Of a stretch of 64,000 nucleotides of DNA, positions 1-10,989 are shown one piece after another. The number at the start of each line of letters is the position of its first letter. Position 1 is the stretch's first letter. Below the pieces are notes generated by a model, which saw nothing but the letters and a program-made list of their open reading frames with translations, was not told where the DNA came from and made no database searches. The stretch spans positions 2,080,001 through 2,144,000 of the forward strand of contig OZ242358.1 of the NCBI GenBank assembly GCA_965208835.1, given 5' to 3'. The position numbers and the translations under genes are program-made. The stretch comes from Candidatus Latescibacterota bacterium (GTDB taxonomy: Bacteria > Latescibacterota > UBA2968 > GCA-2709665).

Positions 1-87
1 GATAAAGAACGCAACCTGTTGCTGCTCAAGGGAGCGGTACCGGGCCCCAATGGCGGCATCGTAAGGGTGCAGAAACAGCGCAACTAA
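1..87 (+). CDS. rplC: 50S ribosomal protein L3, C-terminal fragment
   Basis: Frame 1 reads DKERNLLLLKGAVPGPNGGIVRVQKQRN*, the L3 C-terminal motif (KGAVPGP), directly upstream of rplD. Confidence 0.93.
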   Translation, partial: DKERNLLLLKGAVPGPNGGIVRVQKQRN

Positions 88-104
88 TAGGAACCGAATG
101 CGTT

Positions 105-737
105 ATGGCGTCAGTTGAGTTAACAGACCTCCGGGGCGAGGTCGTTGGATCCGTCGACCTACCTGAGACGATCTTCGAAATTGAACCGTCTCACAATGCC
201 ATCTACCATACGGTAAAATCGTATATGATGAACCAGCGTCAGGGCAACGCCCATTCCAAGACGCGGGCTGAAATCCGGCGCAGCAAACGGAAGATGTATC
301 GACAAAAAGGTACAGGAAGATCGAGAGCCGGCAGCGCATCGTCTCCGATCCGTGTTGGAGGCGGAGTTGCTCACGGCCCCAGGCCTCGAGAGTTGAGCGA
401 ACGCGTGTCAAAAAAGGTACGACGACTTGCATTGAAATCGGCACTTTCCCTTAAGGTCCCCGACGGCGCGATCAAAGTGGTGGAAGACTTCACGTTCGAA
501 GCTCCCAAAACGAGACGTGTGGCGGAACTGACGCGAGCCATCGAGGTCGACGACCGCAAGGTTCTGCTTCTCACGCCGGAAGCCGCTCCTCACGTCCTGA
601 AGTCATGCCGGAATCTGTCCGGCGTCCAGGTTCTGCCGGTAGCCCAGGTCTCAACGTACGACGTCGTCAACGCCGATGCGGTCGTCTTCACACAGGAATC
701 CCTTGGAAGGCTTCAGGCTATCTGGGGGTCGACGTGA
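105..737 (+). CDS. rplD: 50S ribosomal protein L4
   Basis: RQGNAHSKTRAE and RQKGTGRSRAGS motifs; S10 operon order. Confidence 0.97.
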   Translation: MASVELTDLRGEVVGSVDLPETIFEIEPSHNAIYHTVKSYMMNQRQGNAHSKTRAEIRRSKRKMYRQKGTGRSRAGSASSPIRVGGGVAHGPRPRELSERVSKKVRRLALKSALSLKVPDGAIKVVEDFTFEAPKTRRVAELTRAIEVDDRKVLLLTPEAAPHVLKSCRNLSGVQVLPVAQVSTYDVVNADAVVFTQESLGRLQAIWGST

Positions 738-1027
738 AAAGAGACATCAGAGATATTATCCGCAGGCCGCTGATCACCGAACGGGCATCCGAACTCCAGG
801 AAGATCACAACAAGTTCGTCTTTGAAGTTCAGGTCGATGCCAACAAGCTGGAAATCAAGAAGGCCGCTGAATCGTTGTTTGACGTTAAAGTGCTCAACGT
901 CAATACGTCGGCAGTCGCCGGAAAGCTGAAGAGAATGGGGCGGTTTCAGGGCCGCCGTGCAAGCTGGAAAAAGGCGATTGTCACCCTCGCGCCCGGCGAC
1001 ACCATTGACTTTTTCGGAGAGTCCTGA
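734..1027 (+). CDS. rplW: 50S ribosomal protein L23
   Basis: GTG start overlaps the rplD stop (GTGA); PLITE, ANKLEIKKA and WKKAIVTL motifs. Confidence 0.95.
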   Translation: MKRDIRDIIRRPLITERASELQEDHNKFVFEVQVDANKLEIKKAAESLFDVKVLNVNTSAVAGKLKRMGRFQGRRASWKKAIVTLAPGDTIDFFGES

Positions 1028-1030
1028 TCG

Positions 1031-1861
1031 ATGCCGGTTAAATCGTTCCGACCGTTCACACCGTCGCTGCGGTTCAAGACCGTTTCCTCCTTTGATGAGA
1101 TTACCCGGTCTCAACCCGAGAAATCGCTTGTTGAGGCGAACCGGAAGAGCGGTGGACGAAACAACATGGGCCGCATCACGAGCCGGCGTCGCGGCGGAGG
1201 ACATCGCCGGCACTACAGGGTTATTGACTTCAGACGCAATAAACCCGGTGTACCGGCAAATGTTAATTCAATAGAGTACGATCCGAATCGCTCCGCCAGA
1301 ATTGCGCTTCTCCACTATGCAGACGGCGAGAAACGTTATATTCTCGCACCTTCGGGCCTGAGGGTTGGCGCTCAGGTGGAGTCCGGCCCCGACGCCGACG
1401 TACGGCCCGGAAACGCACTGCCTCTGGAGAAGATCCCGCAGGGAACGCATGTGCACAATGTCGAATTGCAGCCCGGCAAGGGCGGACAACTGGGTCGTTC
1501 GGCCGGCGCCGAAATCCAGATCATGGCCAAGGAAGGCAAGTTCGCTCAACTCCGCCTGCCTTCCGGCGAGGTCCGCCTGGTACCGGTAACCTGCTATGCC
1601 ACGGTCGGCCAAGTGGGGAATCAGGAACACGAAAACGTCGTTTTGGGTAAAGCGGGTCGCAACAGGTGGCTCGGAAAGCGCCCGTCCGTGAGGGGAGTGG
1701 CGATGAATCCCATCGATCACCCGCACGGGGGCGGGGAAGGACGCGCTTCGGGCGGCGGACATCCGGTAACGCCTTGGGGCGTGCCCACGAAGGGATACAA
1801 GACGAGAAAACGCAAGAAACAGTCCAACAAACTGATCGTGAGAAGGCAACGAAAGAGATAG
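1031..1861 (+). CDS. rplB: 50S ribosomal protein L2
   Basis: [12 protein letters not shown] and [18 protein letters not shown] motifs. Confidence 0.98.
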   Translation: MPVKSFRPFTPSLRFKTVSSFDEITRSQPEKSLVEANRKSGGRNNMGRITSRRRGGGHRRHYRVIDFRRNKPGVPANVNSIEYDPNRSARIALLHYADGEKRYILAPSGLRVGAQVESGPDADVRPGNALPLEKIPQGTHVHNVELQPGKGGQLGRSAGAEIQIMAKEGKFAQLRLPSGEVRLVPVTCYATVGQVGNQEHENVVLGKAGRNRWLGKRPSVRGVAMNPIDHPHGGGEGRASGGGHPVTPWGVPTKGYKTRKRKKQSNKLIVRRQRKR

Positions 1862-1938
1862 CAGTCCGTTTATAAAGTCGCTCTGCAGGCGAGGGCGAGA
1901 GCCGGCCGCAGTTCGGAACGGCTCTTTCAACGGGCTGA
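1861..1938. mobile_element. MITE-like repeat family A, short copy (78 bp)
   Basis: Ends GCAGTCCGTT...TCAACGGGCTGA; begins inside the rplB TAG; shares AAAGTCGCTCTGCAGGCGAGG with the other copies. Confidence 0.75.
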
Positions 1939-1958
1939 CAAGCCCCAGCGAGGATTGA

Positions 1959-2246
1959 ATGGCACGGTCGCTGAAAAAAGGACCCTTCGTGGATCCGGGT
2001 CTTCAGGCGAAGATCGAGGGGATGAACAAATCGGGCAATAAGCGCGTGATTCAGACGTGGGCACGTCGTTCGACCATTTCACCCGAGTTCGTCGGTCATA
2101 CGCTGGCTGTGCACAATGGGAACAAGTTCATTCCCGTGTACATCACGGAGAATATGGTGGGTCACAAGCTGGGTGAGTTCGCCCCCACGCGCACTTTTCG
2201 GGGGCACACGGGAAGCCTCACCGAGCGTTCGACGGGGCTGAAATAG
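1959..2246 (+). CDS. rpsS: 30S ribosomal protein S19
   Basis: [12 protein letters not shown] and [11 protein letters not shown] motifs. Confidence 0.98.
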   Translation: MARSLKKGPFVDPGLQAKIEGMNKSGNKRVIQTWARRSTISPEFVGHTLAVHNGNKFIPVYITENMVGHKLGEFAPTRTFRGHTGSLTERSTGLK

Positions 2247-2322
2247 CTTCGGCAGGCTTTCGCGCCGGTTGTCCCCGTCATTCCTGCCGGCGGGGCGGCT
2301 GTTTTATCAGGGGAGAATTTCA

Positions 2323-2664
2323 ATGACGGCCAGGGCCGTATCCAGATACGTCAGGATTTCACCCCGAAAAGCACGACAGGTCGTCGATCTTGTTCGCGGC
2401 AAAGGGGTTGAAGAGGCGTTTCACATTCTTCAGTTTACACCCAAGAAGGCCGCCCGACTTGTAGAGCGCACACTCCGGTCCGCAGTGGCCAACGCCGCCA
2501 ATAGCGAAGCTTCTACGGTCAGGGAAGAAGACCTTTACGTACAGGAGGCGTTCGTGAACGGCGCCATCGCCATGCGTCGGGTCCGCCCAATGCCGAGAGG
2601 CGCGGCCGGGTTTATCCGAAAACGCTGCAGCCATATCACGCTGGTCGTGTCGGACGTCGATTAG
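2323..2664 (+). CDS. rplV: 50S ribosomal protein L22
   Basis: ATG after a GGAG SD; RISPRKAR, SAVANA and SHIT motifs. Confidence 0.95.
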   Translation: MTARAVSRYVRISPRKARQVVDLVRGKGVEEAFHILQFTPKKAARLVERTLRSAVANAANSEASTVREEDLYVQEAFVNGAIAMRRVRPMPRGAAGFIRKRCSHITLVVSDVD

Positions 2665-2682
2665 CCGTCGGGAGGGTTTCTT

Positions 2683-3339
2683 TTGGGCCAGAAAACACAT
2701 CCAACAGGGTTCCGTCTGGGCATCGTGAAGGACTGGCGATCCCGCTGGTTTGCCGGAAGGGATTTTGCCGAACTGCTCAAGGAAGACTTGATGTTGCGGC
2801 GCTACATCCAGAGCAGGCTGCAACGGGCAAGCGTGTCTCAAATCGAGATAGAGCGCGCGCCGAAACGGGTAACTATTTCGGTGCATACCGCGCGCCCGGG
2901 AATCGTAATCGGCCGTAAAGGGCAAGAGGTCGACAAGCTCAGAGACGAGCTGAAACACATCACCGGGAAAGAGATCTACATAAATATTCAGGAAATCAAG
3001 CGGCCGGAACTGAATGCGCAGCTGGTTGCCGACAATATCGCACGCCAGCTGGAGCAGCGCGTATCGTTTCGCCGGGCGATGAAAAAGGCGATCGCTTCGG
3101 CGATGCGTATGGGCGCAGACGGAATCAAGATTGTATGCGGAGGGCGCTTGGGCGGTGCGGAAATGGCGCGGATCGAAAAGTCGGAACCCGCCGGCAGAGT
3201 GCCGTTGCATACGCTCCGCGCCGACATCGACTACGCAACCTCGACGGCCTTTACAACCTCGGGCACGGTGGGGGTCAAGGTCTGGGTGTGTCACGGCGAG
3301 GTCGTGGAACGCCGAGCACCGGGCGGGCCTGCGCAATAA
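2683..3339 (+). CDS. rpsC: 30S ribosomal protein S3
   Basis: [13 protein letters not shown] and [14 protein letters not shown] motifs. Confidence 0.98.
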   Translation: MGQKTHPTGFRLGIVKDWRSRWFAGRDFAELLKEDLMLRRYIQSRLQRASVSQIEIERAPKRVTISVHTARPGIVIGRKGQEVDKLRDELKHITGKEIYINIQEIKRPELNAQLVADNIARQLEQRVSFRRAMKKAIASAMRMGADGIKIVCGGRLGGAEMARIEKSEPAGRVPLHTLRADIDYATSTAFTTSGTVGVKVWVCHGEVVERRAPGGPAQ

Positions 3340-3371
3340 TTGGCAATGAGGATCTGTAAGGATCAGACTCC

Positions 3372-3791
3372 ATGTTAATGCCGAAAAGGGTCAAGTGGCG
3401 AAAGCAGCAGCGTGGGCGTATGCGCGGCATGGCGCATCGGGGGAGCAGGATTGCTTTCGGGGAATTCGCGCTCCAGGCACTGGAACCCGGCTGGATCACC
3501 AGCCGGCAGATCGAGGCGGCGCGTGTGGCGATCACCCGCGCACTCGGGCGCGGAGGGAAAGTCTGGATTCGGCTGTTTCCCGACAAACCGGTCACCATCA
3601 AGCCCGCCGAGACCCGAATGGGCAAGGGCAAAGGGAATCCCGAATACTGGGTGGCGGTTGTAAAGCCGGGGCGCATCATGTTCGAAATCGACGGAGTTGA
3701 GCGGGAGAGCGCCCGGGAAGCTATGCGCAAGGCCGGCCACAAGATGCCCATAAAGACCCGGTTTATCGAACGGGGAGACACCGAGGAATGA
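3372..3791 (+). CDS. rplP: 50S ribosomal protein L16
   Basis: [11 protein letters not shown] and RMGKGKG motifs. Confidence 0.98.
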   Translation: MLMPKRVKWRKQQRGRMRGMAHRGSRIAFGEFALQALEPGWITSRQIEAARVAITRALGRGGKVWIRLFPDKPVTIKPAETRMGKGKGNPEYWVAVVKPGRIMFEIDGVERESAREAMRKAGHKMPIKTRFIERGDTEE

Positions 3792-4033
3792 AAGCCAGCG
3801 AGATTCGTCAGATGACGCAGGGCGAGGTCGATGAGTTGCTTGGCGACAGACTCGAGGAGTTGTCAAACCTGAGAATTCAGCTTGTCACACAGCAGCTGGA
3901 CAATCCACTCCGGGTGAAGTCGGTCCGGAGGGACATCGCCCGAATCAGAACGGTACTGAAGGAGCGCGCACTGGAGCTGAACGCCTCCAGCGGTGCGGCC
4001 GGTACCGAATCCACCGGATCGGAAGGAAACTAG
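3788..4033 (+). CDS. rpmC: 50S ribosomal protein L29
   Basis: MKASEIR...RRDIARIRT; short low-complexity tail. Confidence 0.93.
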   Translation: MKASEIRQMTQGEVDELLGDRLEELSNLRIQLVTQQLDNPLRVKSVRRDIARIRTVLKERALELNASSGAAGTESTGSEGN

Positions 4034-4036
4034 ACT

Positions 4037-4303
4037 ATGGCACAAACCGACGCGCGCGGACGTCGAAAAACCCTTGTGGGTCGGGTGCTGAGCAATCAGG
4101 CCAATAAGACAATCGTCGTGGAAGTCACCTGGCGAACGCCGCATCCCCTTTACGGCAAGGTCGTCCGTCGTCGTTCCAAATTCGCGGCGCACGACGAGAA
4201 CAACTCCGCGAATGCCGGCGACACCGTACTGATTATGGAGACCCGCCCGATCAGCAAGACAAAACGGTGGCGTCTTACAGAGATTCTGGAAAAGGCTCAA
4301 TAG
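4037..4303 (+). CDS. rpsQ: 30S ribosomal protein S17
   Basis: HPLYGK, AHDE and [11 protein letters not shown] motifs. Confidence 0.97.
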   Translation: MAQTDARGRRKTLVGRVLSNQANKTIVVEVTWRTPHPLYGKVVRRRSKFAAHDENNSANAGDTVLIMETRPISKTKRWRLTEILEKAQ

Positions 4304-4316
4304 GGAGAATCGGCGG

Positions 4317-4685
4317 ATGGTTACTGAACAGACGGTCTTGAACTGCGCCGACAACAGCGGTGCCCGAAAAGTCATGTGTTTCAGGGTGCTCGGCGGGTCC
4401 CGGAGAAGATATGCCGGCCTGGGCGATACGATCGTGGTCTCAGTAAAGGACGCCCAACCCAACAGCGCTGTGAAAAAAGGAGAAGTCGCGCGGGCGGTCA
4501 TTGTTCGGACCAAAAAAGAGGCTCGACGTTCCGACGGTTCCTACATTCGTTTCGACGACAATGCGGCGGTTCTGATTAACGCCGAAGGAGAACCCAGGGC
4601 GACCCGCATTTTTGGCCCTGTTGCACGGGAGCTGCGCGACAGGAGGTTCATGCGGATTGTTTCTCTGGCGGCGGAAGTGGTTTGA
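4317..4685 (+). CDS. rplN: 50S ribosomal protein L14
   Basis: ADNSGA, FDDNAAV and [10 protein letters not shown] motifs. Confidence 0.98.
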   Translation: MVTEQTVLNCADNSGARKVMCFRVLGGSRRRYAGLGDTIVVSVKDAQPNSAVKKGEVARAVIVRTKKEARRSDGSYIRFDDNAAVLINAEGEPRATRIFGPVARELRDRRFMRIVSLAAEVV

Positions 4686-4713
4686 TTATTCCGACGACGA
4701 GGAGAGTCGATAG

Positions 4714-5040
4714 ATGAAAACTCATCTTCGAAAGGGTGACCAGGTCGAGGTCATCGGGGGCGTGGACGCGGGGAGACGCGGACGCGTATTGAGAGTATTC
4801 CCGAAAAAGGCGCGTGCGCTTGTTGAGGGCGTTAACTTCATCAAACGTCATACCAGGCCGGGGCCCAAGAACCAGCAGGGTGGTATCATCGAGAAAGAGG
4901 CGCCCGTACATATCTCCAAACTCATGCTGATCGATCCGCAGACCGACGAACCGACGAGGATACGCCGGCAGAGACTGGAGAACGGCGTACGGATACGGCT
5001 TTCGGTCAAGAGCGGCGAACAGATTACCGAAGCGAGTTGA
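4714..5040 (+). CDS. rplX: 50S ribosomal protein L24
   Basis: KOW motif [10 protein letters not shown]; EAPVHISK. Confidence 0.96.
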   Translation: MKTHLRKGDQVEVIGGVDAGRRGRVLRVFPKKARALVEGVNFIKRHTRPGPKNQQGGIIEKEAPVHISKLMLIDPQTDEPTRIRRQRLENGVRIRLSVKSGEQITEAS

Positions 5041-5053
5041 TAGCGAGGGTTGT

Positions 5054-5608
5054 ATGGCTGCGCGACTTCGTGAGATATACAACAACGAGATCGTACCGGC
5101 GATGGTCTCACACTTCGCCTACAAGAATCGGATGCAGGTACCCAGGATTGAGAAGATCGTCCTGAACATGGGGATCGGTGAGGCCGTCCAGAATCCGAAG
5201 GCGATCGACAGCGCCATCGCGGATCTATCGACCATCTCGGGGCAGCGCCCGTCGATACGTCGGGCCAAGAAATCCGTCTCGAATTTCAAACTGCGCGAGG
5301 GCATGCCGGTCGGGTGCGCCGTCACGTTGCGTCGAGACAGGATGTATGAGTTTCTCGATCGTTTTTTTGCCTTTGCCATACCGCGCACGCGCGATTTCAG
5401 AGGTTTGTCCCCCAATGCCTTCGACGGCAGGGGGAATTATACCGTGGGCGTCCGGGAGCAGATCATCTTTCCGGAAATCAACTACGACGATATCGATCAG
5501 GTCAGAGGCCTTGACGTAACCATCGTCACAACGGCCGGAACCGATGAAGAGGCATTTGAATTACTCAGGCGCTTTGGCATGCCGTTCCAGACTGCCGAAG
5601 CGGCCTGA
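5054..5608 (+). CDS. rplE: 50S ribosomal protein L5
   Basis: [15 protein letters not shown] and FDGRGNYT motifs. Confidence 0.98.
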   Translation: MAARLREIYNNEIVPAMVSHFAYKNRMQVPRIEKIVLNMGIGEAVQNPKAIDSAIADLSTISGQRPSIRRAKKSVSNFKLREGMPVGCAVTLRRDRMYEFLDRFFAFAIPRTRDFRGLSPNAFDGRGNYTVGVREQIIFPEINYDDIDQVRGLDVTIVTTAGTDEEAFELLRRFGMPFQTAEAA

Positions 5609-5630
5609 TTCCACGAAAGTGAGCGTACCT

Positions 5631-5816
5631 GTGGCGAAAAAGACGTTGATCGTAAAAGCAAACAAGAAACCGAAGTTTGCCGTTCGCCGGTATAATCGTT
5701 GCCATCGCTGCGGACGCGCCCGAGGCTACATGAGGCAGTTCGGCATCTGCAGGATCTGCTTCAGAGAACTGGCGTTGCTGGGTGAGATACCCGGAGTCGC
5801 GAAGGCGAGTTGGTAG
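5631..5816 (+). CDS. rpsN: 30S ribosomal protein S14, zinc-binding (type Z)
   Basis: GTG start; 61 aa with CHRC...CRIC; ends GVAKASW. Confidence 0.96.
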   Translation: MAKKTLIVKANKKPKFAVRRYNRCHRCGRARGYMRQFGICRICFRELALLGEIPGVAKASW

Positions 5817-5847
5817 GCGTCTAGACTGACAGGAGGCGGTTTGCCCT

Positions 5848-6246
5848 ATGAGTATGAGCGATCCGGTTGCCGACATGCTGACCCGTATTCGGAATGCAGC
5901 CGGTGCAGGGCACCGGAAGGTAGACATTCCGGGTTCCCGGATAAAAGCCGAAATTGCCCGGATTCTGAAATCAAAAGGGTTCATCCACAACTACGCCTGC
6001 GTGGAGGACAACCGGCAGGGTCACATCCGCCTGTATCTCAAGTACAGCTCGGACGACGAGAGCGCCATACAGGGTCTGGAGCGCATCAGTCGTCCGGGGT
6101 TGCGTCGATACGTCCGTGTCGACGAAATCCCGAGAGTGCTCAACGGCCTGGGCGTGGCCATACTTTCCACGCCGCGGGGTATACTTACGGATAGCGAGGC
6201 ACGTAGGGCCGGGGTGGGCGGCGAGGTCCTCTGCCACCTCTGGTAA
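5848..6246 (+). CDS. rpsH: 30S ribosomal protein S8
   Basis: DPVADMLTRIRNA and SRPGLRRY motifs. Confidence 0.98.
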   Translation: MSMSDPVADMLTRIRNAAGAGHRKVDIPGSRIKAEIARILKSKGFIHNYACVEDNRQGHIRLYLKYSSDDESAIQGLERISRPGLRRYVRVDEIPRVLNGLGVAILSTPRGILTDSEARRAGVGGEVLCHLW

Positions 6247-6262
6247 ACCGGGAGGATTCCAG

Positions 6263-6829
6263 GTGTCACGCGTTGGAAGACAGCCGATTGCCGTGCCGGA
6301 TGGTGTTCAGGTCAGCATAGAGTCGGACGGGATACAGGTGAAAGGGAGCAAGGGTGAGTTGACGGTCAGGGTCCATCCGTTGACCCTGGTCCGACAGGAA
6401 GAAGGCGCGATACGTGTAACGGTAGAGGATGTTGAAGACAGGGAGTCGAAGGCGGTGTGGGGCCTCACACGCGCGTTGTTGGCCAACGCCGTTGAAGGCG
6501 TGCGTAATGGATTCGAGAAACGGCTGGTCGTCGTAGGCGTGGGGTATCGCGCTGAAATGAAGGGAAGGAATCTGGATTTACAGGTCGGTTACAGCCATCC
6601 CGTGATCATCGAACCCCTGGAAGGTATTGAAATAAACGTCGAACAGGCCCCCGCCGAAATTGATACGGCCCAGGCTTCGATTGTTGTTCGTGGCGCGGAC
6701 AAGGAACGGGTGGGGCAGGTGGCAGCCGACATTCGAAAAGTCCGTCCTCCCGAGCCTTACAAAGGTAAGGGAATTCGGTACTTTAACGAATACGTTCGTC
6801 GCAAGGCCGGCAAGGCCGCTGTAACGTAG
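6263..6829 (+). CDS. rplF: 50S ribosomal protein L6
   Basis: GTG after GGAGG; SRVGRQPI and PEPYKGKGIRY motifs. Confidence 0.97.
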   Translation: MSRVGRQPIAVPDGVQVSIESDGIQVKGSKGELTVRVHPLTLVRQEEGAIRVTVEDVEDRESKAVWGLTRALLANAVEGVRNGFEKRLVVVGVGYRAEMKGRNLDLQVGYSHPVIIEPLEGIEINVEQAPAEIDTAQASIVVRGADKERVGQVAADIRKVRPPEPYKGKGIRYFNEYVRRKAGKAAVT

Positions 6830-6845
6830 ACACGGAGCGGATTTT

Positions 6846-7214
6846 ATGGCAAACCCACAGATCCAGAAGGCCAGCCTGCGCCTGCGCCGTCGTCTGCGGA
6901 TACGAAAAAAGATCCGCGGTACCCCAGTACGGCCCCGATTGGCGGTGAGCAGGAGCCTGAACCACATTGAAGTGCAGTTGATCGACGACACAACGGGGCG
7001 ATCCCTGCTTGGACTCTCGAGCAATTCAAGGGAAATCCGCGACACGCTCTCGGGCAACAAGAGCGAAAAGGGCCGCGAAGTTGGACGCGCCCTGGCAGCA
7101 AAGGCGCTGGAAGCCGGGATCAAGACAGTTGTATTCGACCGGGGCGGTCGCCTTTATCATGGCCGGATCAAGGCATTGGCCGACGGCGCGCGAGAAGGCG
7201 GTCTGCTGTTTTAG
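6846..7214 (+). CDS. rplR: 50S ribosomal protein L18
   Basis: RPRLAVSRS and VVFDRGGRLYHGRIKALAD motifs. Confidence 0.97.
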   Translation: MANPQIQKASLRLRRRLRIRKKIRGTPVRPRLAVSRSLNHIEVQLIDDTTGRSLLGLSSNSREIRDTLSGNKSEKGREVGRALAAKALEAGIKTVVFDRGGRLYHGRIKALADGAREGGLLF

Positions 7215-7241
7215 TGGTGTCAGATTAAAGGGAGCAGCCAC

Positions 7242-7757
7242 TTGAAACGAATAGATCCTTCCGGATTGGACCTGACCGAAATCGTTATCAATAACAGCCT
7301 CAAAAGGGTATCGCACGTTCGCAAGGGCGGCCGTCGATTCGCTTTCAACGTGATGGTGGTTGTGGGAGACCGTCAGGGTCACGTCGGCGCCGGAATGGGC
7401 AAGGCAGGAGAGGTGGCGGAAGCCATCCGAAAGGCAACCGAAAACGCGAAAAAGGAACTGGTGCGCATACCGGTAATCAACGGAACAGTGCCGCATGAAA
7501 TCATCGGCGTCTTTGGCGCTTCCCGCGTCCTGTTGCGGCCTGCTGCTCCGGGAACCGGAGTGATCGCCGGCGGGGGTATTCGTGCGGTATTGGAGCTGGC
7601 TGGCGTCCAGAACGTCCTGACCAAATCACTGGGGTCCCAGAATACCCACAATACCGTGAAGGCAACGCTTCAGGGCCTGTCCAGCCTCCGGGACGCGCGG
7701 GCGTTTGCACAGCTACGGAACGTCGATGAGGCGGAATTGACCGGCGCTCGGGAGTAA
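7242..7757 (+). CDS. rpsE: 30S ribosomal protein S5
   Basis: KGGRRFAF and PGTGVIAGG motifs. Confidence 0.97.
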   Translation: MKRIDPSGLDLTEIVINNSLKRVSHVRKGGRRFAFNVMVVVGDRQGHVGAGMGKAGEVAEAIRKATENAKKELVRIPVINGTVPHEIIGVFGASRVLLRPAAPGTGVIAGGGIRAVLELAGVQNVLTKSLGSQNTHNTVKATLQGLSSLRDARAFAQLRNVDEAELTGARE

Positions 7758-7763
7758 CGCGGC

Positions 7764-7961
7764 ATGGCAAACGACGGCAGAAAGCTGAGAATCACCCAGG
7801 TCCGCAGTGTGATTTCAAGAAATGAAAAGCAGCGGCGTACGCTTGCCGCGCTTGGAATACACCGTATTCGTCACAGTGTGGTTCACAACGATACGGCGCA
7901 AATCCGCGGTATGGTAAACACGGTTGCACACCTTGTGGAGGTGGAACCGGCAGACGGCTGA
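7764..7961 (+). CDS. rpmD: 50S ribosomal protein L30
   Basis: [10 protein letters not shown]...[12 protein letters not shown]. Confidence 0.95.
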   Translation: MANDGRKLRITQVRSVISRNEKQRRTLAALGIHRIRHSVVHNDTAQIRGMVNTVAHLVEVEPADG

Positions 7962-8025
7962 CTTTCCGGGGATGCATCTCTACAGGACCGGTCCGTAGGA
8001 ACCGGGTCGCTTCCTCTCAAGAGTA

Positions 8026-8172
8026 GCAGCCCGTTGAAAAAGCCCATCCGGGCTGCGGCCGGCCTTGCGGTTGAAATACTGCGTTGTGCGCCCTCGCCGA
8101 ATCGCAGGATGGGACTCGGATGCGCGCCTCGTCTTCGACCTCGCTTGCAGAGCGACTTTTTCAACGGACTTA
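8026..8172. mobile_element. MITE-like repeat family A copy (147 bp) between rpmD and rplO
   Basis: TA-GCAGCCCGTTGAAAAAG...CTTTTTCAACGGACT terminal inverted repeats; highly similar to 22812-22967. Confidence 0.85.
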
Positions 8173-8186
8173 TAAGGACCGCCAGA

Positions 8187-8648
8187 ATGAAACCAGGAAA
8201 GTTCAAGCCCCCCGCGGGTGCCGTCAAGAGCCGCAAGCGGCTGGGTTGCGGCGTGGGTTCGGGCTGTGGCAAAACCAGCGGAAAAGGACACAAGGGTCAG
8301 AAATCGCGTTCAGGCGCGAAGATAAGGCCGTGGTTTGAAGGCGGGCAGATGCCGTTGCAACGCAGGCTGCCCAAGGTAGGATTCAATAGTCCTAAGAAGG
8401 TGGTCTATCAGGTCGTGAATCTGGACGATATCGCCAGGCGGGGATTGTCCGGACAGGTGACTCCCGAAAACCTGAAGCAGACGGGTCTGATCCGGTCAGC
8501 TCGGCGGCCCGTGAAGATTCTGGGGCGGGGTGAGGTCTCCGATGCCATACTGGTTCAGGCGCACGCGGTTTCCCAGTCGGCCATTGGGAAGATCGAAGCG
8601 GCTGGAGGCAGTGTCAGCCTGATGGACGCCGGTTCCGGGGCGGATTAA
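8187..8648 (+). CDS. rplO: 50S ribosomal protein L15
   Basis: GKTSGKGHKGQKSRSG and FEGGQMPLQRRLPK motifs; ATG at 8187 after AAGGA. Confidence 0.96.
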   Translation: MKPGKFKPPAGAVKSRKRLGCGVGSGCGKTSGKGHKGQKSRSGAKIRPWFEGGQMPLQRRLPKVGFNSPKKVVYQVVNLDDIARRGLSGQVTPENLKQTGLIRSARRPVKILGRGEVSDAILVQAHAVSQSAIGKIEAAGGSVSLMDAGSGAD

Positions 8649-8663
8649 TCTGAAGAGGAGGCG

Positions 8664-10004
8664 GTGGTGCTTCAGAGTTTCCAGAGCGCGTTTCGAATCC
8701 CCGAACTGCGCAATCGCATCCTGTTTACGTTGGGAATTCTGGTGGTCTTCCGGATTGGCACGTACGTGACCATTCCCGGCATCGACCCGAGGGCCCTGGA
8801 CGAGTATTTCAGCAGCGCCGCAACCGGCGTCCTGGGTTTCTACGACATGTTTGCCGGCGGCGCATTCGGACGCGCAACCGTCTTCGCGCTTGGCATTATG
8901 CCGTATATCAGCGCCTCGATCATACTCCAGTTGATGGGTGCGGTAATCCCGTTTCTGCAGAAACTCCAGAAGGAGGGAGAAGAGGGGCGCAAGAAGATCA
9001 CCCAATATACCCGCTACGGGACCGTTGCGCTGGCTGCCGCCCAGTCGTTTGGCGTCAGCCTGTTTATGGAAAGCCTCCGGTCACCCATCACGGGAATGCT
9101 GGTTGTGCCGGACCCGGGTCTGGGCTTTCGGCTATTGACAATTCTGACCATCACCGCAGGAACCGTATTTGTGATGTGGTTGGGGGAACAGATCGACGAC
9201 CGGGGTATCGGCAACGGGATGTCAATGTTGATCTTCATTGGAATCATCGCACGTGCGCCCGCGGCCGTGATCCAGGAATATCAGGATTTCGTGGCCAACA
9301 ACAAGCCCATTCTTCTGGAGCTGTTCGTGGTCGTCATCATCATCGCGGTAACAGCGCTGGTGGTGCTCATTACGCAGGGTACGCGGAAAATCCCGGTGCA
9401 ATACGCCAAGCGCGTTGTTGGCAGGCGCGTCTACGGGGGCCAAAGCACCCATATTCCGCTAAAGGTGAATACCTCGGGCGTAATGCCCATTATTTTCGCC
9501 CAGGCCATTATGTTTCTGCCTTCCACGCTGGCCAATTTTTTCCCAATGAACGAGTGGGTGCAGGATATGGCCTCCCGGTTTTCACCGGCCACCACATTGC
9601 ACGCGCTTCCTTACTGGATGCTCTATTCCGCAATGATCATCTTTTTCGCATATTTTTATACCGCAATTGTCTTCAATCCGGTAGACCTGGCCGACAATAT
9701 GAAGCGCCAGGGCGGGTTCATTCCAGGTATCCGGCCCGGTAGACGCACATCCGACTTTATAGACCGGATTCTGACCCGAATCACGCTTCCTGGATCGATT
9801 TTTCTCGCGGCGATCGCGGTCTTCCCGTTTTTCGTTATCAGTTGGGCCGATGTGAATCCCGGTCTGATCGACTTCTTCGGGGGCACGGGACTTCTGATTA
9901 TCGTCGGCGTAGCGCTGGACACGCTGCAGCGCGTGGAGTCACACCTGCTGATGCGGCACTACGACGGCTTCATGAAAAAGGGAAGGCTGAAGGGTCGTAG
10001 GTGA
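8664..10004 (+). CDS. secY: Preprotein translocase subunit SecY
   Basis: [29 protein letters not shown] and [11 protein letters not shown] motifs; multiple TM helices. Confidence 0.98.
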   Translation: MVLQSFQSAFRIPELRNRILFTLGILVVFRIGTYVTIPGIDPRALDEYFSSAATGVLGFYDMFAGGAFGRATVFALGIMPYISASIILQLMGAVIPFLQKLQKEGEEGRKKITQYTRYGTVALAAAQSFGVSLFMESLRSPITGMLVVPDPGLGFRLLTILTITAGTVFVMWLGEQIDDRGIGNGMSMLIFIGIIARAPAAVIQEYQDFVANNKPILLELFVVVIIIAVTALVVLITQGTRKIPVQYAKRVVGRRVYGGQSTHIPLKVNTSGVMPIIFAQAIMFLPSTLANFFPMNEWVQDMASRFSPATTLHALPYWMLYSAMIIFFAYFYTAIVFNPVDLADNMKRQGGFIPGIRPGRRTSDFIDRILTRITLPGSIFLAAIAVFPFFVISWADVNPGLIDFFGGTGLLIIVGVALDTLQRVESHLLMRHYDGFMKKGRLKGRR

Positions 10005-10020
10005 CCGAAAGGAAAGGCCG

Positions 10021-10137
10021 ATGAGGGTCCGTGCATCCGTCAAGAAACGCTGCAATCACTGCAAGGTCATTCGCCGCAAGGGTGTGGTCCGTGTGATTTG
10101 CAAACACGATCCAAGTCACAAACAGAGACAGGGATAG
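10021..10137 (+). CDS. rpmJ: 50S ribosomal protein L36 (zinc-ribbon type)
   Basis: Translated by hand (below the ORF-track cutoff): [38 protein letters not shown]. Confidence 0.97.
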   Translation: MRVRASVKKRCNHCKVIRRKGVVRVICKHDPSHKQRQG

Positions 10138-10169
10138 ACCTTCGGAGACCGAACGAAGGGGGAGATATC

Positions 10170-10550
10170 ATGGCTCGTATCGCAGGTGTCGATGTTCCGC
10201 GCGAAAAGCGTGTAGAAATCGCGCTGACCTACATTTTCGGCATTGGCAGAAGCTCGGCAAACCGAATCCTTGAAAAGACGCAGATTTCGCCGGACACCCG
10301 GGTTGACGCGTTGAGTGAGGAAGACGTCACAAAGCTCCGGAGCGTGATCGAGGGGGAATACCGGGTGGAAGGCAATCTAAGGAGCGAAGTGGCCATGAAT
10401 ATCAAGCGGCTGATGGACATCGGCTGCTATCGCGGGCTCCGGTGGCGCAGGGGGCTCCCCGTGCGCGGTCAGCGGACCCGGACGAACGCCCGGACACGAA
10501 AAGGCCCCAAAAAGGGTCAGATTGCCAAAAGGAAGAAGGCGCAACACTAG
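10170..10550 (+). CDS. rpsM: 30S ribosomal protein S13
   Basis: MARIAGVD and [18 protein letters not shown] motifs. Confidence 0.98.
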   Translation: MARIAGVDVPREKRVEIALTYIFGIGRSSANRILEKTQISPDTRVDALSEEDVTKLRSVIEGEYRVEGNLRSEVAMNIKRLMDIGCYRGLRWRRGLPVRGQRTRTNARTRKGPKKGQIAKRKKAQH

Positions 10551-10572
10551 TCATCGTTAAGGAGGCGAACTC

Positions 10573-10962
10573 TTGCCGCCGGAACAGAGAACAGGCCGAC
10601 GAAGGAATAAGCGGGTCGACGGACAGGGCGTTGCCCACATCAAGGCGACGTTCAACAATACCATTGTTACACTGACGGACAAGGACGGACACGTGATTTC
10701 GTGGTCCACAACCGGCAAGGTGGGTTTCAAGGGTTCGCGCAAGAGTACGCCCTTTGCCGCACAGTTGGCCGCGGAAGCCGCGGCAAAAGAGGCGATGTCC
10801 ATGGGGCTGCGACGTGTCGAGGTTTGGGTCAAGGGCCCTGGTGTCGGCCGTGAGGCCGCCGTGCGCGCGCTGCAGGGCGCCGGGCTGGAAATTGCGGCGA
10901 TTCGCGACGTCACACCGATTCCTCACAACGGTTGCCGGCCGCCGAAGCGGCGACGCGTCTAG
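10573..10962 (+). CDS. rpsK: 30S ribosomal protein S11
   Basis: [16 protein letters not shown] and [18 protein letters not shown] motifs. Confidence 0.98.
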   Translation: MPPEQRTGRRRNKRVDGQGVAHIKATFNNTIVTLTDKDGHVISWSTTGKVGFKGSRKSTPFAAQLAAEAAAKEAMSMGLRRVEVWVKGPGVGREAAVRALQGAGLEIAAIRDVTPIPHNGCRPPKRRRV

Positions 10963-10989
10963 AGGCATCCGAACGGAGAGGTCTACAGC

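Noticed and set aside
8034-8186. N-terminal extension of rplO in the ORF track (similarly folD at 22912 and M24 at 40130)
   Set aside because: These starts fall within or upstream of repeat elements, and better SD-supported starts exist downstream
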